Below are positions 42,010 through 52,808 of a DNA stretch of 64,000 nt, one piece after another (position 1 is the first letter of the stretch; the number at the start of each line of letters is the position of its first letter). The translations under genes were made by a program, and so were the position numbers. The notes below the pieces were generated by a model. That model was given only the letters and a program-made list of their open reading frames with translations. It searched no databases and was not told the origin of the DNA. This DNA comes from Yuukianura sp. NJ FZ-2021 (taxonomy: Eukaryota). Location: NCBI GenBank assembly GCA_046563655.1, contig CM102287.1, positions 7,440,001-7,504,000 of the forward strand, in the 5' to 3' direction.

Positions 42010-44767
42010 TTATTTAATCTTTGTCTGCAGGTCGTCGACGGCCAAGATGTAGGGAATTGGACGTATGGTGATAGCTGGTTTGTCTTCCGTAAGTGTCGCC
42101 TCGCGACCTGCGACCACTCCAAGAAAGAAATTTAGCAACAGCGAAGTGACGAAAAGAAACAGCGTGTCATTTGCTAAAGATTCTCCAGGACATATTCGCT
42201 TGCCTACAAAAAATTGCCTAACATATTTTTTTCGTTCTTTCAAATTAGAACTTCCGTTAACCTTAGAGAAAGTAAAGAAAAATTTCCTACAATTTTTATG
42301 ACTTTACCAAAACCAAAATGAACCATTCGCTCAGCCTTGTCCTGGTTGATTTGGGTTTCCGTTGGATCTAGAAATCGTTCCGGTCTAAAAGTATCCACGT
42401 CGCCCCAGAAGCTTTTATCCGTGTTTATTGCGTTGAGGTTGAACAGGAGACAAGTTCCTTTTGGAATAAAGTATTCCCCAAATGTTATGTCGGAAGTTAC
42501 GCGCCGTGGTGGCGGTAACGGCGCGAAAGGACAATGACGAACAGTTTCCAGAATGATAGCAGTTATGTAAGGAAGGCTTAACGCAATAAAAATTAAAACA
42601 TCAAAATTGAGTTATGCGTAATAAAATTTGAAATTAATATATTTGCATGTGTTACTATCTAACCTGCTCCGATCAGCCAAACACGCAGATTTCGTGCCAC
42701 GTTGACTCAACAAAGCGTTGAGTTGGGATCTGGCTTTTTCCTGGACCCGGGGATTCAGCGCCAGTTCGAGAACGATCCAGTCCATAACTGTACTCGTCGT
42801 TTCAGTAGAAGCAAGGAATAAATCAAGCAGTGTCACAATCAGTTGATCCTCTACAAAGTAACAAAAAATACTTGCTTTTTGAAGAAAAAAGAAAGTTACA
42901 CGAAAAACACAATTTACGTGTCATTTGGGTTCCAACAACGCCACGATTCCTTTCAATTTCGTCTAGAAATACTTCCACGAAATTCTCAGCTTTCACGCGT
43001 CCATTTCGCTTTCTCTTTACCTCTTCCACTAGATCCTGTCAGAATAAAATTAAATTGAGTTAAAAGTTTTAACTTAAAACTATAAAAAGTAAGGCGGCCT
43101 ACACATAAACCAGCCTTAGAGATTATACTTTATTAAAAAAAAAACTCAAACAGCTACACTACTCACTTCAATGAAGCGATGAGCTTTTTGTAAAATTTCG
43201 CCGTTTCGTTCAAACCCGCTCCACTTTTTGAATACTTTGAGAAAAGGAAATGCCGAAAGCAAGTTCGTAGGCCCCATGACTATTATGCTTTCAGCATTCA
43301 TGTCCAAATGTCGCTGAATTTCGTCACTGTTCGGGTCAAAACGGTCACCAGCAACGGAATTCCACAGGGCATTGACCGTAACAGCGGAAAGGTTATTTGG
43401 GTTCACAAACCACACACCCGATGATTGACGAACTTCGTTCCGAATCGATTCGACTAATGTATCAATCTCCTTCTGAATAATAGCCTCCATCTTGGCAGAT
43501 TTTCCAAACCCAAATTCACGGAGCGTGCTAAACGTAAACTTTCGCAGTTCCTTCCACGCCGCTCCATCACCCCACACCAGCCCTTCAAAAAAATAACAAA
43601 ATACCCACAACGTATAAAACATAACTATCGGGTGTTCCAAAACTAACGCTTATCTTTTTGTGCACAAAACCCATAAGTTCCAAAAACTCCACAGTGCGAG
43701 ATGAGAGAGGAGATAGAAAAGTTACACAGAGAAAAAAAAGATAAGCGTTAGTTTTGGAACACCCGATAAATACACCAAATATAATATTTCAAAGAATTTG
43801 GTAGTGAGAGTTTACCCAAGTTTTTGCCGAGATTCCTTTGAGATACAAACTGAAATCGGAATCTTTCTTGGCTTGTTTCTTCTCGTTTGAGTAAGTCTTT
43901 CATCATATCAAAAGTGCAAATGGCAACTGGAAAATAAAATTCGGAATGAAAATACCAATAAGAAATATTGGTTCCATGTTAATATGACCAAGGTAATTTG
44001 GTCAAAAGGTGAGAAGACAGAGGGTAACCAAACCTGTAGACTTGATTACCTATAGATTGCACGCTATGACATGCGATTTGTGATGGTTGACATTTTCACT
44101 TTTTTAGTTTTCACACTTTTTGATCAAATTAGTTTGGCATTTCACCTTCTACTTGTTGCTACACAACTATTTTTTTACGTGTCGCATGAAATATTTTGCA
44201 CGAGGATTTTAACTAAGTATTTTAGATTAAATAACTTGTATCCAAATAATTTATAGAAATTGTTTTGGAAAACCACAAAATAATTCTAAATCAACCTACT
44301 AAACGACGATAACGCTCATAGTTTAACTTTGTAAGTAATGCCAAACCTGCATAATGGACTCCGAATCCCAAGGAAATGATATCTCCATAAGTTTTCCGAA
44401 GACCATTGATCTGTTTGTAAGGATAATATTTATCTATCTTCATCATCTGTGGAATAGTTCCAACAATAGGAAACCGAATTGGACCTAAAACAAAATTTAG
44501 CTAAATTTAAAATTCCGAAAACGCTTAGAAAATTTGGCAACAAAAAAAAAAATGCAAAAAGCAGAAAAGTTAAGTAAAGGTGAAGTTGTGTAGTAGTATG
44601 TTGTGTTTTAGCTTGTATGTAAGTACATGTGTACAAGCGCAAGCCTTGTACGTATCTAATTTACCTGGCGGCAGTTTTTTCCCGCTCGGAATGCAAGACT
44701 TCCATTTCAGTATAAACACAAATAAAACGATTGAGCAGAAAATTACCCCCACTAACCCAATGTCCAT
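42010..44767 (-). CDS. Cytochrome P450, CYP2 clan, CYP305-like (copy C, 8 exons)
   Basis: LPPGPIRFPIVG, WKELRKF, DLFLASTETTS, ETVR followed by PLPPPRR (CYP305-like), PERF, FGFGKRICPGE. Confidence 0.88.
43628..43766. mobile_element. 139 bp MITE (Tc1/mariner-type) in intron 3 of P450 copy C
   Basis: TA|TCGGGTGTTCCAAAACTAACGCTTATCTTTTT ... AAAAAGATAAGCGTTAGTTTTGGAACACCCGA|TA: perfect ~32 bp TIRs with a TA target duplication. Confidence 0.9.
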
Positions 44768-46115
44768 TTTAGTAACTTTTTAGGCTTTCTAATTTTTGTA
44801 GCCGAAATAATAATCAATGCATAGCTCGGAGCGTATTGGCTCCAAAACTTGAAGTATTTTTGTTAGTGCAAGGGCTAGAATTTCAATCGAAACAGCTATG
44901 AAGTTATCTTAACTCGGTTTGATTCTAGCAACAACGATGTTGGAAATGAAAGTACTTGTTTGCTATGAAAATAGTTGTATGCTAAAACTTACAAAAATAT
45001 AAAGGGTTGCCACATAGGCACAATGGGTATGTAACAAAGAGTTCAGACTTGTTGATGTCCTTGATTAGAATGCTATTTGGGCATGGGCAATGCATTGGGT
45101 TTGGCACGAGAAATAAAAAAAATTAGGGTGAAAACTGACTTTTCTGGTTAGCCTCAACCAGATTGATTACTACGCGGACATGGTGATAGGGCGGCGTACC
45201 TAAAAATAAAAAAAAGTCAACATGTCCTTTTGCATTCTACAGGGTTTAATTTGCATTCTACTAAATTTAGGACTTCATCTTAAATACTATAATAGAGTTT
45301 TCATAAACTTGCGAATCTCCTAAAATTTTCATCACCTAGACCGAGTGTTGTTGCAATTTACGTTACCGTTTACATAATTTACACATGGACAAGATGGGAA
45401 AGAAAAGTTGTTATAGACAGGGTGATATACATAAATCTAGTTAAAATTATATAAAGCCTTTAGTTTTTGTCATATTGCTGTGTTTTACATATTTTATGTA
45501 GTTTTGCAATGGGCAATATTTTATGCCTCCTGGAAGTAATACCATAAACCACTGTGCATAGGTCTTTTAACCAAACAGTATTTCTGGGACGCCGTGTGAA
45601 ATAGGAATGGTACTACATGAATTTCAAAGATTAAAAGGCTTTTCATGAATTTAACTGTTTTTAATTACTTTTTCTAAAAAAGCAAAGCTCACATTACTGG
45701 ACAACTTAACTTGAGCAATAGCGTTTGGTCTTCTTTCAATTTCTTCTTTCAAGCAGCCTTGCCAACTACATTAACTTGGAAAGGATTTCAAAATCTACCA
45801 TTTCTAACCTTACGTATACACTCTACACCAGTTTGAAAACAAGCCTACTTTACTCATGAAGTCTTTGGTGGAATCTACAAATTATTTAACTTTTTCGTAT
45901 TAAGATGATGTGTAATGGTTACTGCACAAAATTTGCATAAAAAAACGAAATTTTATGTTCGATTTTTATTGGTGATGGGCAATAGAAATGATTTGACAAT
46001 TTGTCGTATGTAGTTTACAATTTGTTGAATTCTCGAATTGTTAGCAATTTGTAATTCATTACGAATAAATTATCTGTGTGTTTTTCTTCAATTACTTTTT
46101 CCTTCAATTACTTTT

Positions 46116-48467
46116 TCAATTTTGAAACTGGTTCATGAACTCAATTGCCGGTTTGTACACGAGTTCGTTGGCGTTTACACCAGTAATGAAATCGGAATGA
46201 TCAAAGCCATCTTCTGGAACTTTGTAGTTGTAGACCACTTGAGGCAATTCGTTTGACAATTTTTCAACATCCTAGATAAAAAAAAGCATTACTACCGCTA
46301 ACAGCAACTTTTTCCTTTAAAATGTTTCATTAAATTGTTTGAATATTTATCAATTACTTTTGGATGAGTAACCCAGTCCTTTGGACCCCAGTAAATTGCA
46401 ATCGGAACATTCATTTGTGCGGTGTCAAATGAAGGTGGATGCTCTGTGCCGTACTTTTTCAAATTTACGCGCTTTCCGTAGTCATATCGTGCAAACCTCT
46501 TATGACCAATGTGTTGTAAGTAATGAAACCATGTTTTTACCGAGGTTTTGTCCTCAGCATGTTCGGAAACATACGGAATCATGGACTGCAAATGTAAGAA
46601 AACCTATTTGAATAAGGAACTTATTATTATTCACTATTTAGTTATTACAACTTACGCTATTGCTTCCCTGTTCATCCCAGCCATATACTACGTAAAATAT
46701 GTTGTTGCAAAGGCCACGAGACTTGAGTGATGCTGGGCACTTGTAGTCAGAGTACTTGTGAATTGCTTTAAGGAAATCCGCGTTTTTACACTCCTTATCT
46801 CCAATTTCAGAATGAATAATTTCGCCGTTCTGGTATATTTGAAAAAATCCAGTTTTGAAAACAGGGAATCAAAAAAGAGTGTAAGAAGTTACATTTTTTT
46901 TATGTTTTTAACCTAACCTGGTCAAATTTTGCTTTGGACGCTACTTTTGGCAAAACCTTGAGTGGCCCGTTTATATTTGCCAAGTAGGCTGCTGGAGCAA
47001 AGGCAGTCATAAGTTTGATTTTTGCGTTGTACTCTGGTTTTAGAGCCGACATGACAAAAAATTGGGTAGTGCCCATTGAGTGTCCGATGTAATGCAGCTT
47101 CTGTTTTGATGTCTTGCCCAAAATATAGTCAATTGCAGCAGGAATATCATATAGACCCATTTCTTCCCACCTAAAAAATGTTTTAGCCACATACACCTCG
47201 ATGTATACAAAATTTAAGCTCTTTTTAACAAAATTAATAAACTAGCCAACATCTTACGAGAATAGCCAGTAACTCCGATTATCAGAACTCATGTTCACAT
47301 GCTTTTGGGAGTAGGATGTACCACGACAATTTCCAATCCAAACATCGTAACCGTCTTCGGCTAACATGAGTGCTGAAAGTGGTACAAAAGGGGAAGTATA
47401 AAGTTACAATAATCGGCAGAAACGATTTCATCCACTTGTAGAAATCTGGTTTTAACCACTGGCCAAAATGGAGCATTAAGGACTGCCAGTGAACGAGGAC
47501 TTTAGCAGCGTAGTTTTTATTACATAAATTTCTTACGCAAAATTTTGTCCTCGTCGGATTGTAGAATCCAACAGAAAGAGTTGGTAGTCATTCCATGTTG
47601 CAGCATTACTGGACCCTTCGTTGCCCCTTGACCTGCGTTATGTTTTCCATGAGGAATTCGGTAGTAGGTCAAAATGTAACCATCCTCTGTTGTAACTTCA
47701 TGCGTCTCCACGGGGTAACCCATTCTCTCAATTTCAGTTTTCTGTGTTACGCCAGTTTTTTGGAAGTTTTAATTTTTTGAATCAGGAATTTTATAAAAAA
47801 TTTTATCGAATATAATAATTTAATAAGAAGTAGAATTTTGTATTGATTTTGATAAAACATCAAATTTGAATATACACTTCTTTTTCTTACCGTAGTTTTA
47901 TGTTCCTCCAATACTCCACTCACTCCAGGACTCATTTTTAGCGCTAGAACGAAAATTTTTGAGTTGTGATGGATTTTTTTTAGAAATATATAACAAAACA
48001 TCATTAAAAAGAAAGTTAATGTATACATGGCGTTTCAATTGCATTTTCAGCTTCAGTTTGTGCGGTTGGTTGAATCGTCGAAATGCTTTTAATTGCTGTG
48101 GGTCCTTTTGTCGTGTACTTAATTCCATGTTGATTAAAAATGGCTTCGTAGGTTGACCCATTTGAAGGATGAATTAATACCAGAGAAGATTTTCCAATGT
48201 GGAGGAAGTCCAGAAAAATCGCAGCCGAGTCTCCAGGCTGAAATTTAAAAGAAAAATGTTTTTACTTTTGAAATAAACACGTTGTAAATTCCAAAAAATC
48301 CTTACGTGCGAATTTAAACCAAGTAAGATTTTAAATTGGTTTGCATTTGCTGGCTTCACTTTGTACAGGGCAAACATTCCCTGAGCAATTGAGTCTTCTG
48401 TACCATTTGCAGCAATTGCAGTACAAATCAAAAGACACGTAGCATAAAATGCTACCAATTGCTTCAT
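46116..48467 (-). CDS. Secreted acid/gastric-type lipase (lipase 3 family) with an extra N-terminal domain, 9 exons
   Basis: Signal peptide MKQLVAFYATCLLICTAIAA; GYPVETHEVTTEDGYILTYYRIP, LQHG, GYDVWIGNCRG, GHSMG (Ser), WGPKD (Asp), FDHSDF (His). All junctions are in frame. Confidence 0.9.
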
Positions 48468-49956
48468 ATTGAGAGCTTTAATGTCAATTTGTTACGAATT
48501 GTATGAAAAATTTGCAAATTGAGAAGTTTATGAAATAAATTGATGCAGCTCTGCTCACATTCAAATCACCTCTGATTCTGTTTTTCCAGTTTTTGATGAA
48601 ACAAGAGTCACTTTTTTGATACCAAATTTGCAAAATCTTAGGTTTTGAATTGATAAATATTTTCTTAAAAGTTGCAATCTTTTCAAAAATTTTGTCAATT
48701 TGTCAAAAGTAGATTGTAAGTCCATTCAAACCCATGCTTAAACGCTTTGCCAGTAAGCACATCGCGAAGTATACATGACTATTATCCGCTAACATTTTGG
48801 GTTTTAACGACACGTATCAAATTCACTCGATAACCTCCACTTGCATGTCATATGGATGCACTTATGCAGTAGCAGTAGCCAAAAAACAAAATTCAAACTC
48901 AAAAAATCGGTGAGACTTCGACAGTTGCAACTATCGATCTTCCTCACAACGACAATACCCAAGCCTTCGGAGTTGAACGCCAACAACAGTACATGTAGCG
49001 GAAGTAAAATTTTGGACCGCTGTACCTATTACATTTTAAGTTGGATGTCTTTGCGCTGGCGACAACAGTTTTTGCAATGTGCTGAAAACTCTCCTGTAGA
49101 AGCCATTAACTTTTAATCTTCGTAACATTTTATTGCCCCGTGTCCATGCAACGCTTGCACGTTCATGTTGTACTTTGAACTTGCAAAAAAGGTCTCTTTA
49201 TAACACAAAACAGAGTGATTTGCAATTTTTGCATTCTTGTTATTTTTTTAACATGAATTTGAAATGCGAGTGTTTGAAATGTTGATAACTTTTTTTTTGC
49301 GTTGAAGTAAGTACTTTTTTTTCTTTTTTGCTACGTAATCTTTTTTAATTTCCAAATGATGGGAAGAAGCATAATACTTCATTAATTTTTAGTTTAGAAT
49401 AGATAAAAGTGACTTTTCGCACATGAGTGTGTACAAAAAAAAACTAAGCACAAAAACCACTGTCATTTCCTTTGGAACAGTTTTTGGCTTTCGAAAAAAA
49501 AATGTGTCAAATGTCCTTACTATACCATGTTTATCATTGCAGATTATGGATTATCGTAGTCGCATTGTAAGTACTTCATCCATGAGGCAAAGTACAAAAT
49601 TTAGCTTTCGCAAGATGCCTCTAAAGTCATCCTTTTTGTTCATTTTGTCACAAGATCGAACTCCGATTGTTCAAACCAGATTGAACCATTGGAACAAAAA
49701 GCACACGCGATTACGCAATACTAAATTCTTAATTCATTAATTCGTGTCAGCTATTTTGGTGGTCATTTAAGTAAAAGTGTCAGTATTTGAGATTATATCA
49801 CAGCTTCCGGGAAACAGTTCCAATTTGGAACTTCCAAATCCGTTTGTTAATTAAAACTCACCTTAATCGGTTACTAGAAGTTAATCATTTCAAAGAAAAA
49901 AAAAGGAAAAAAATTATTAAATTTTGAAGACCTCCGATTTTTGAAACCTCTTCAAA

Positions 49957-51602
49957 ATGGCATCAGAAAAAAAGCCAGTAAACAAACTCAAGTAAGCCAA
50001 ATTCAAATGTTTTACTTCAGAGGTAAATTTTTTGGAATTAAAAAGTTAAGCGAAATTCTTACACTGTTTTTATTTTGACCTTAACAGGAGCGACAAGATT
50101 ATTGAATTTGCACCTATGAATATATCATTTTCTCGTCGATTGGAAACGGTAAAAGGAAGAAGAGTAGTTTACTTTAATTTAACTAAATTTTAACCAACGA
50201 ACAGGTCAAAAGGTCACCAAAACATATGAATAATTGCAATTCTGTTTCAGGCAGCTGCAGTGTACTACAGCGTAACTTCCTTAATATTTCCATTTGCTTT
50301 CATCGCTCTATACTTTGTAATACCTGGATACATATACTGGCCAATTCTTCTGGCAAATGTTTTATGGGTTTACTATGATGGAGACACGCCGGCCAAAGGT
50401 GGTCGAAGGTAAGGAAATATTTATTTTAAACTATTAATTTTTCACCTCGTTATTAATATTATTGTATTTTATGTTTGTTTTTATGTATTTTATGTACATA
50501 GATTCGACTTTATGCGGCGCCTTGCAATTTGGAGAAAGCTTCGAGATTACTTTCCCGCTAAACTGGTGAAAGTTGCAGATTTTGATCCAAAGAAAAACTA
50601 TTTGTGTGGATATCATCCACATGGAATTATTTCTACTGGAGCTTTTCTTAATTTCGGAACAGAAGCAACTAACATCGGCAAAGTATTTCCGGGAATCAAG
50701 TTTCATTTGCTCACACTGATCTCCAATTTTCGCTTCCCTGCTTTCCGAGACTATGTTCTAAGCTGTGGTAAGGATTTAGTCTTTAATATTATCATATTCT
50801 ATTTTAATACGAAATTATTTGCATTTACTAATTTAATTATGTAATTGTAGGAGCTTGCTCAGTTAGTCGAGAAAGTATGAATTACATTTTGAGTAAACCG
50901 GGAGGTGGGAATGCAGCCGTCGTGGTGGTCGGTGGAGCTCGTGAAGGTTTCAAAAACTATATTAATAAATTAAATATTTATTTATTATTTAGTTTTGATT
51001 CATAATATATTTTATGCATTTTAGCAATGTACTCAAATCCGCACAACTTAATGCTGCATTTGAAGTCTAGGAAAGGGTTTATAAAAGTTGCAATTCAAAA
51101 CGGGTAAGATTAACTGAAATGAAATGTTTTCTAAGTTTCCAAATTTTTTAATTGATTTTTGTGTAGGGCTGACCTAGTACCAGTGTTTACATTTGGAGAA
51201 ACTGAAGTAATTCTGCAAGTGGACAATCCAGAAGGATCCTTATTACGAAAATTTCAGAAGAAATTCTTGGCTTTAACTGGTTACGCCCCGGTTGTAATAA
51301 CTGGAAGAGGAATCTTCCAGTACTCGTATGGCACAGTACCTCTGCGCAGACCTTTAACCACCATAGGTATGTAAAATTATGAAAAATAACATACAAAAAA
51401 CATTTTAATAGTTTAGAATAACAAAAATACGTATTTAAATTATGATTCAGTTGGAGCACCCATTCCTGTAACGAAGAATTCAAATCCGAGTCAGGAGGAA
51501 ATTGATGCATTACACGAGAAATATATGGATGACCTGAAAATATTGTACTACACTCATCGTGACAAATACGGAGATTCAGAAGTTCAATTAACCATTGTCT
51601 GA
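49957..51602 (+). CDS. 2-acylglycerol/diacylglycerol O-acyltransferase (MOGAT/DGAT2 family), 8 exons
   Basis: IEFAPMNISFSRRLET, RDYFP, GYHPHG, VVVVGGARE, RKGFIKVA, ADLVPVFTFGE, PLTTIVGAPI. Confidence 0.93.
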
Positions 51603-52140
51603 AAATTGCTCAAAAGCTGTGACAGGTTTTCAATTTAAAGTTGATTATCCAACCTTGGTTTTCAATTAAACTGATTTATTTTTGTCAATATTTGTTCGGA
51701 AATTTTCTTTCATAAAGGAGATTGCATTAGTTGGAAATCAAAACTGAATCCTGCAATGTCCTAAACTGCGTTGCGTAATCTTTAGGCACCAACGATTGTT
51801 TGGCAACTAAATTTGTTATTCTGGATGAGGAACTCGTTAAGAGTTAAAACAAAAGGCAACTTTCTTCCTAAAACGTCGTCTTTCCATTGATTACTACAAA
51901 AGTATAGTAGGAAACGGAAATTTGTATTCTTTTGAAGCTTTAACAAATGACCTGAGGTGTCCTTGGCTTCTCGGAAATGGTAAATTCCCTAATAAAAACC
52001 CCATTGGCTCATTTTCAGGGGTCGGGTGAGGAAGTACGAAGATGAAGCCTCAGAGATCATTAGGGTAAGGAGATCCAAGCGTCCTTGGCCTCCAATCTTG
52101 TCATTTTGTAACCCAGAAGTTCCAAAAAATCACAAGTTTT

Positions 52141-52148
52141 TATAAAAG
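52141..52148 (+). promoter_or_regulatory. TATA box of the knottin-precursor gene
   Basis: TATAAAAG lies upstream of a probable non-coding first exon (donor GTAAG at 52329, acceptor at 52411, just before the ATG at 52419). Confidence 0.5.
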
Positions 52149-52418
52149 GACTCCCCACTAAACGGGTGGTGGTTATGTAGTTGTTGCTTAGAATTCGGTT
52201 TGTGAAGTGGTGAAAGTTGCTATATTACACCGATCTTTATTACTTAAAACTTGTTTCGCGTTTCGTTAAATTTTTGGTAAAAAAAACTTTTCGTAAAATC
52301 AATTACCTCTGAATCATTTGCTCTGTTTGTAAGTTTTGCTTACTGTTCAAAAGCATTCCTTGAACCTTAAACAGGTCGGAGCTAATCCATTACTTTTTTC
52401 TTTGTTGTCAGCACGAGA

Positions 52419-52808
52419 ATGTATGTAAGATTCTGCTCTGCGTGCATTCTTGTCGTCACAGTTTTTGCATTCACGACAGTTTTGGCGTCGCCGCAGTACC
52501 AGTTGGACTCACCGCGACAAGGTCGATGGATTTGGGACTGGTTAGGACTAGGAGAATTTTTCGGAACTGTAAGCCACCTACTATATGTAATTAAAACAAA
52601 ATTTGATTCAAATGCAACTTGATTTCGAAAATCTGGATTTTAGTGTGTTGGTCTATACAAGATGTGCGGAGTTGAAAGTCCAACGCAAAAAGACTGTTGC
52701 AACGACTGGGTTTGTCGGTTGTCGGAGAGGGATCTAACGAGGTACTGCATGGAGAATGTCAACAATCCTTACATGGATTACTACGGAGGATATGGACCAA
52801 TGGGATAA
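52419..52808 (+). CDS. Small secreted cysteine-knot (ICK/knottin-like) prepropeptide, 104 aa (exons 52419-52568, 52644-52808)
   Basis: Signal peptide, RQGR site, then CVGLYKMCGVESPTQKDCCNDWVCRLSERDLTRYC (C-x6-C-x9-CC-x4-C-x10-C) and a C-terminal ..YGGYGPMG*. Phase-0 GT-AG intron. Confidence 0.8.
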
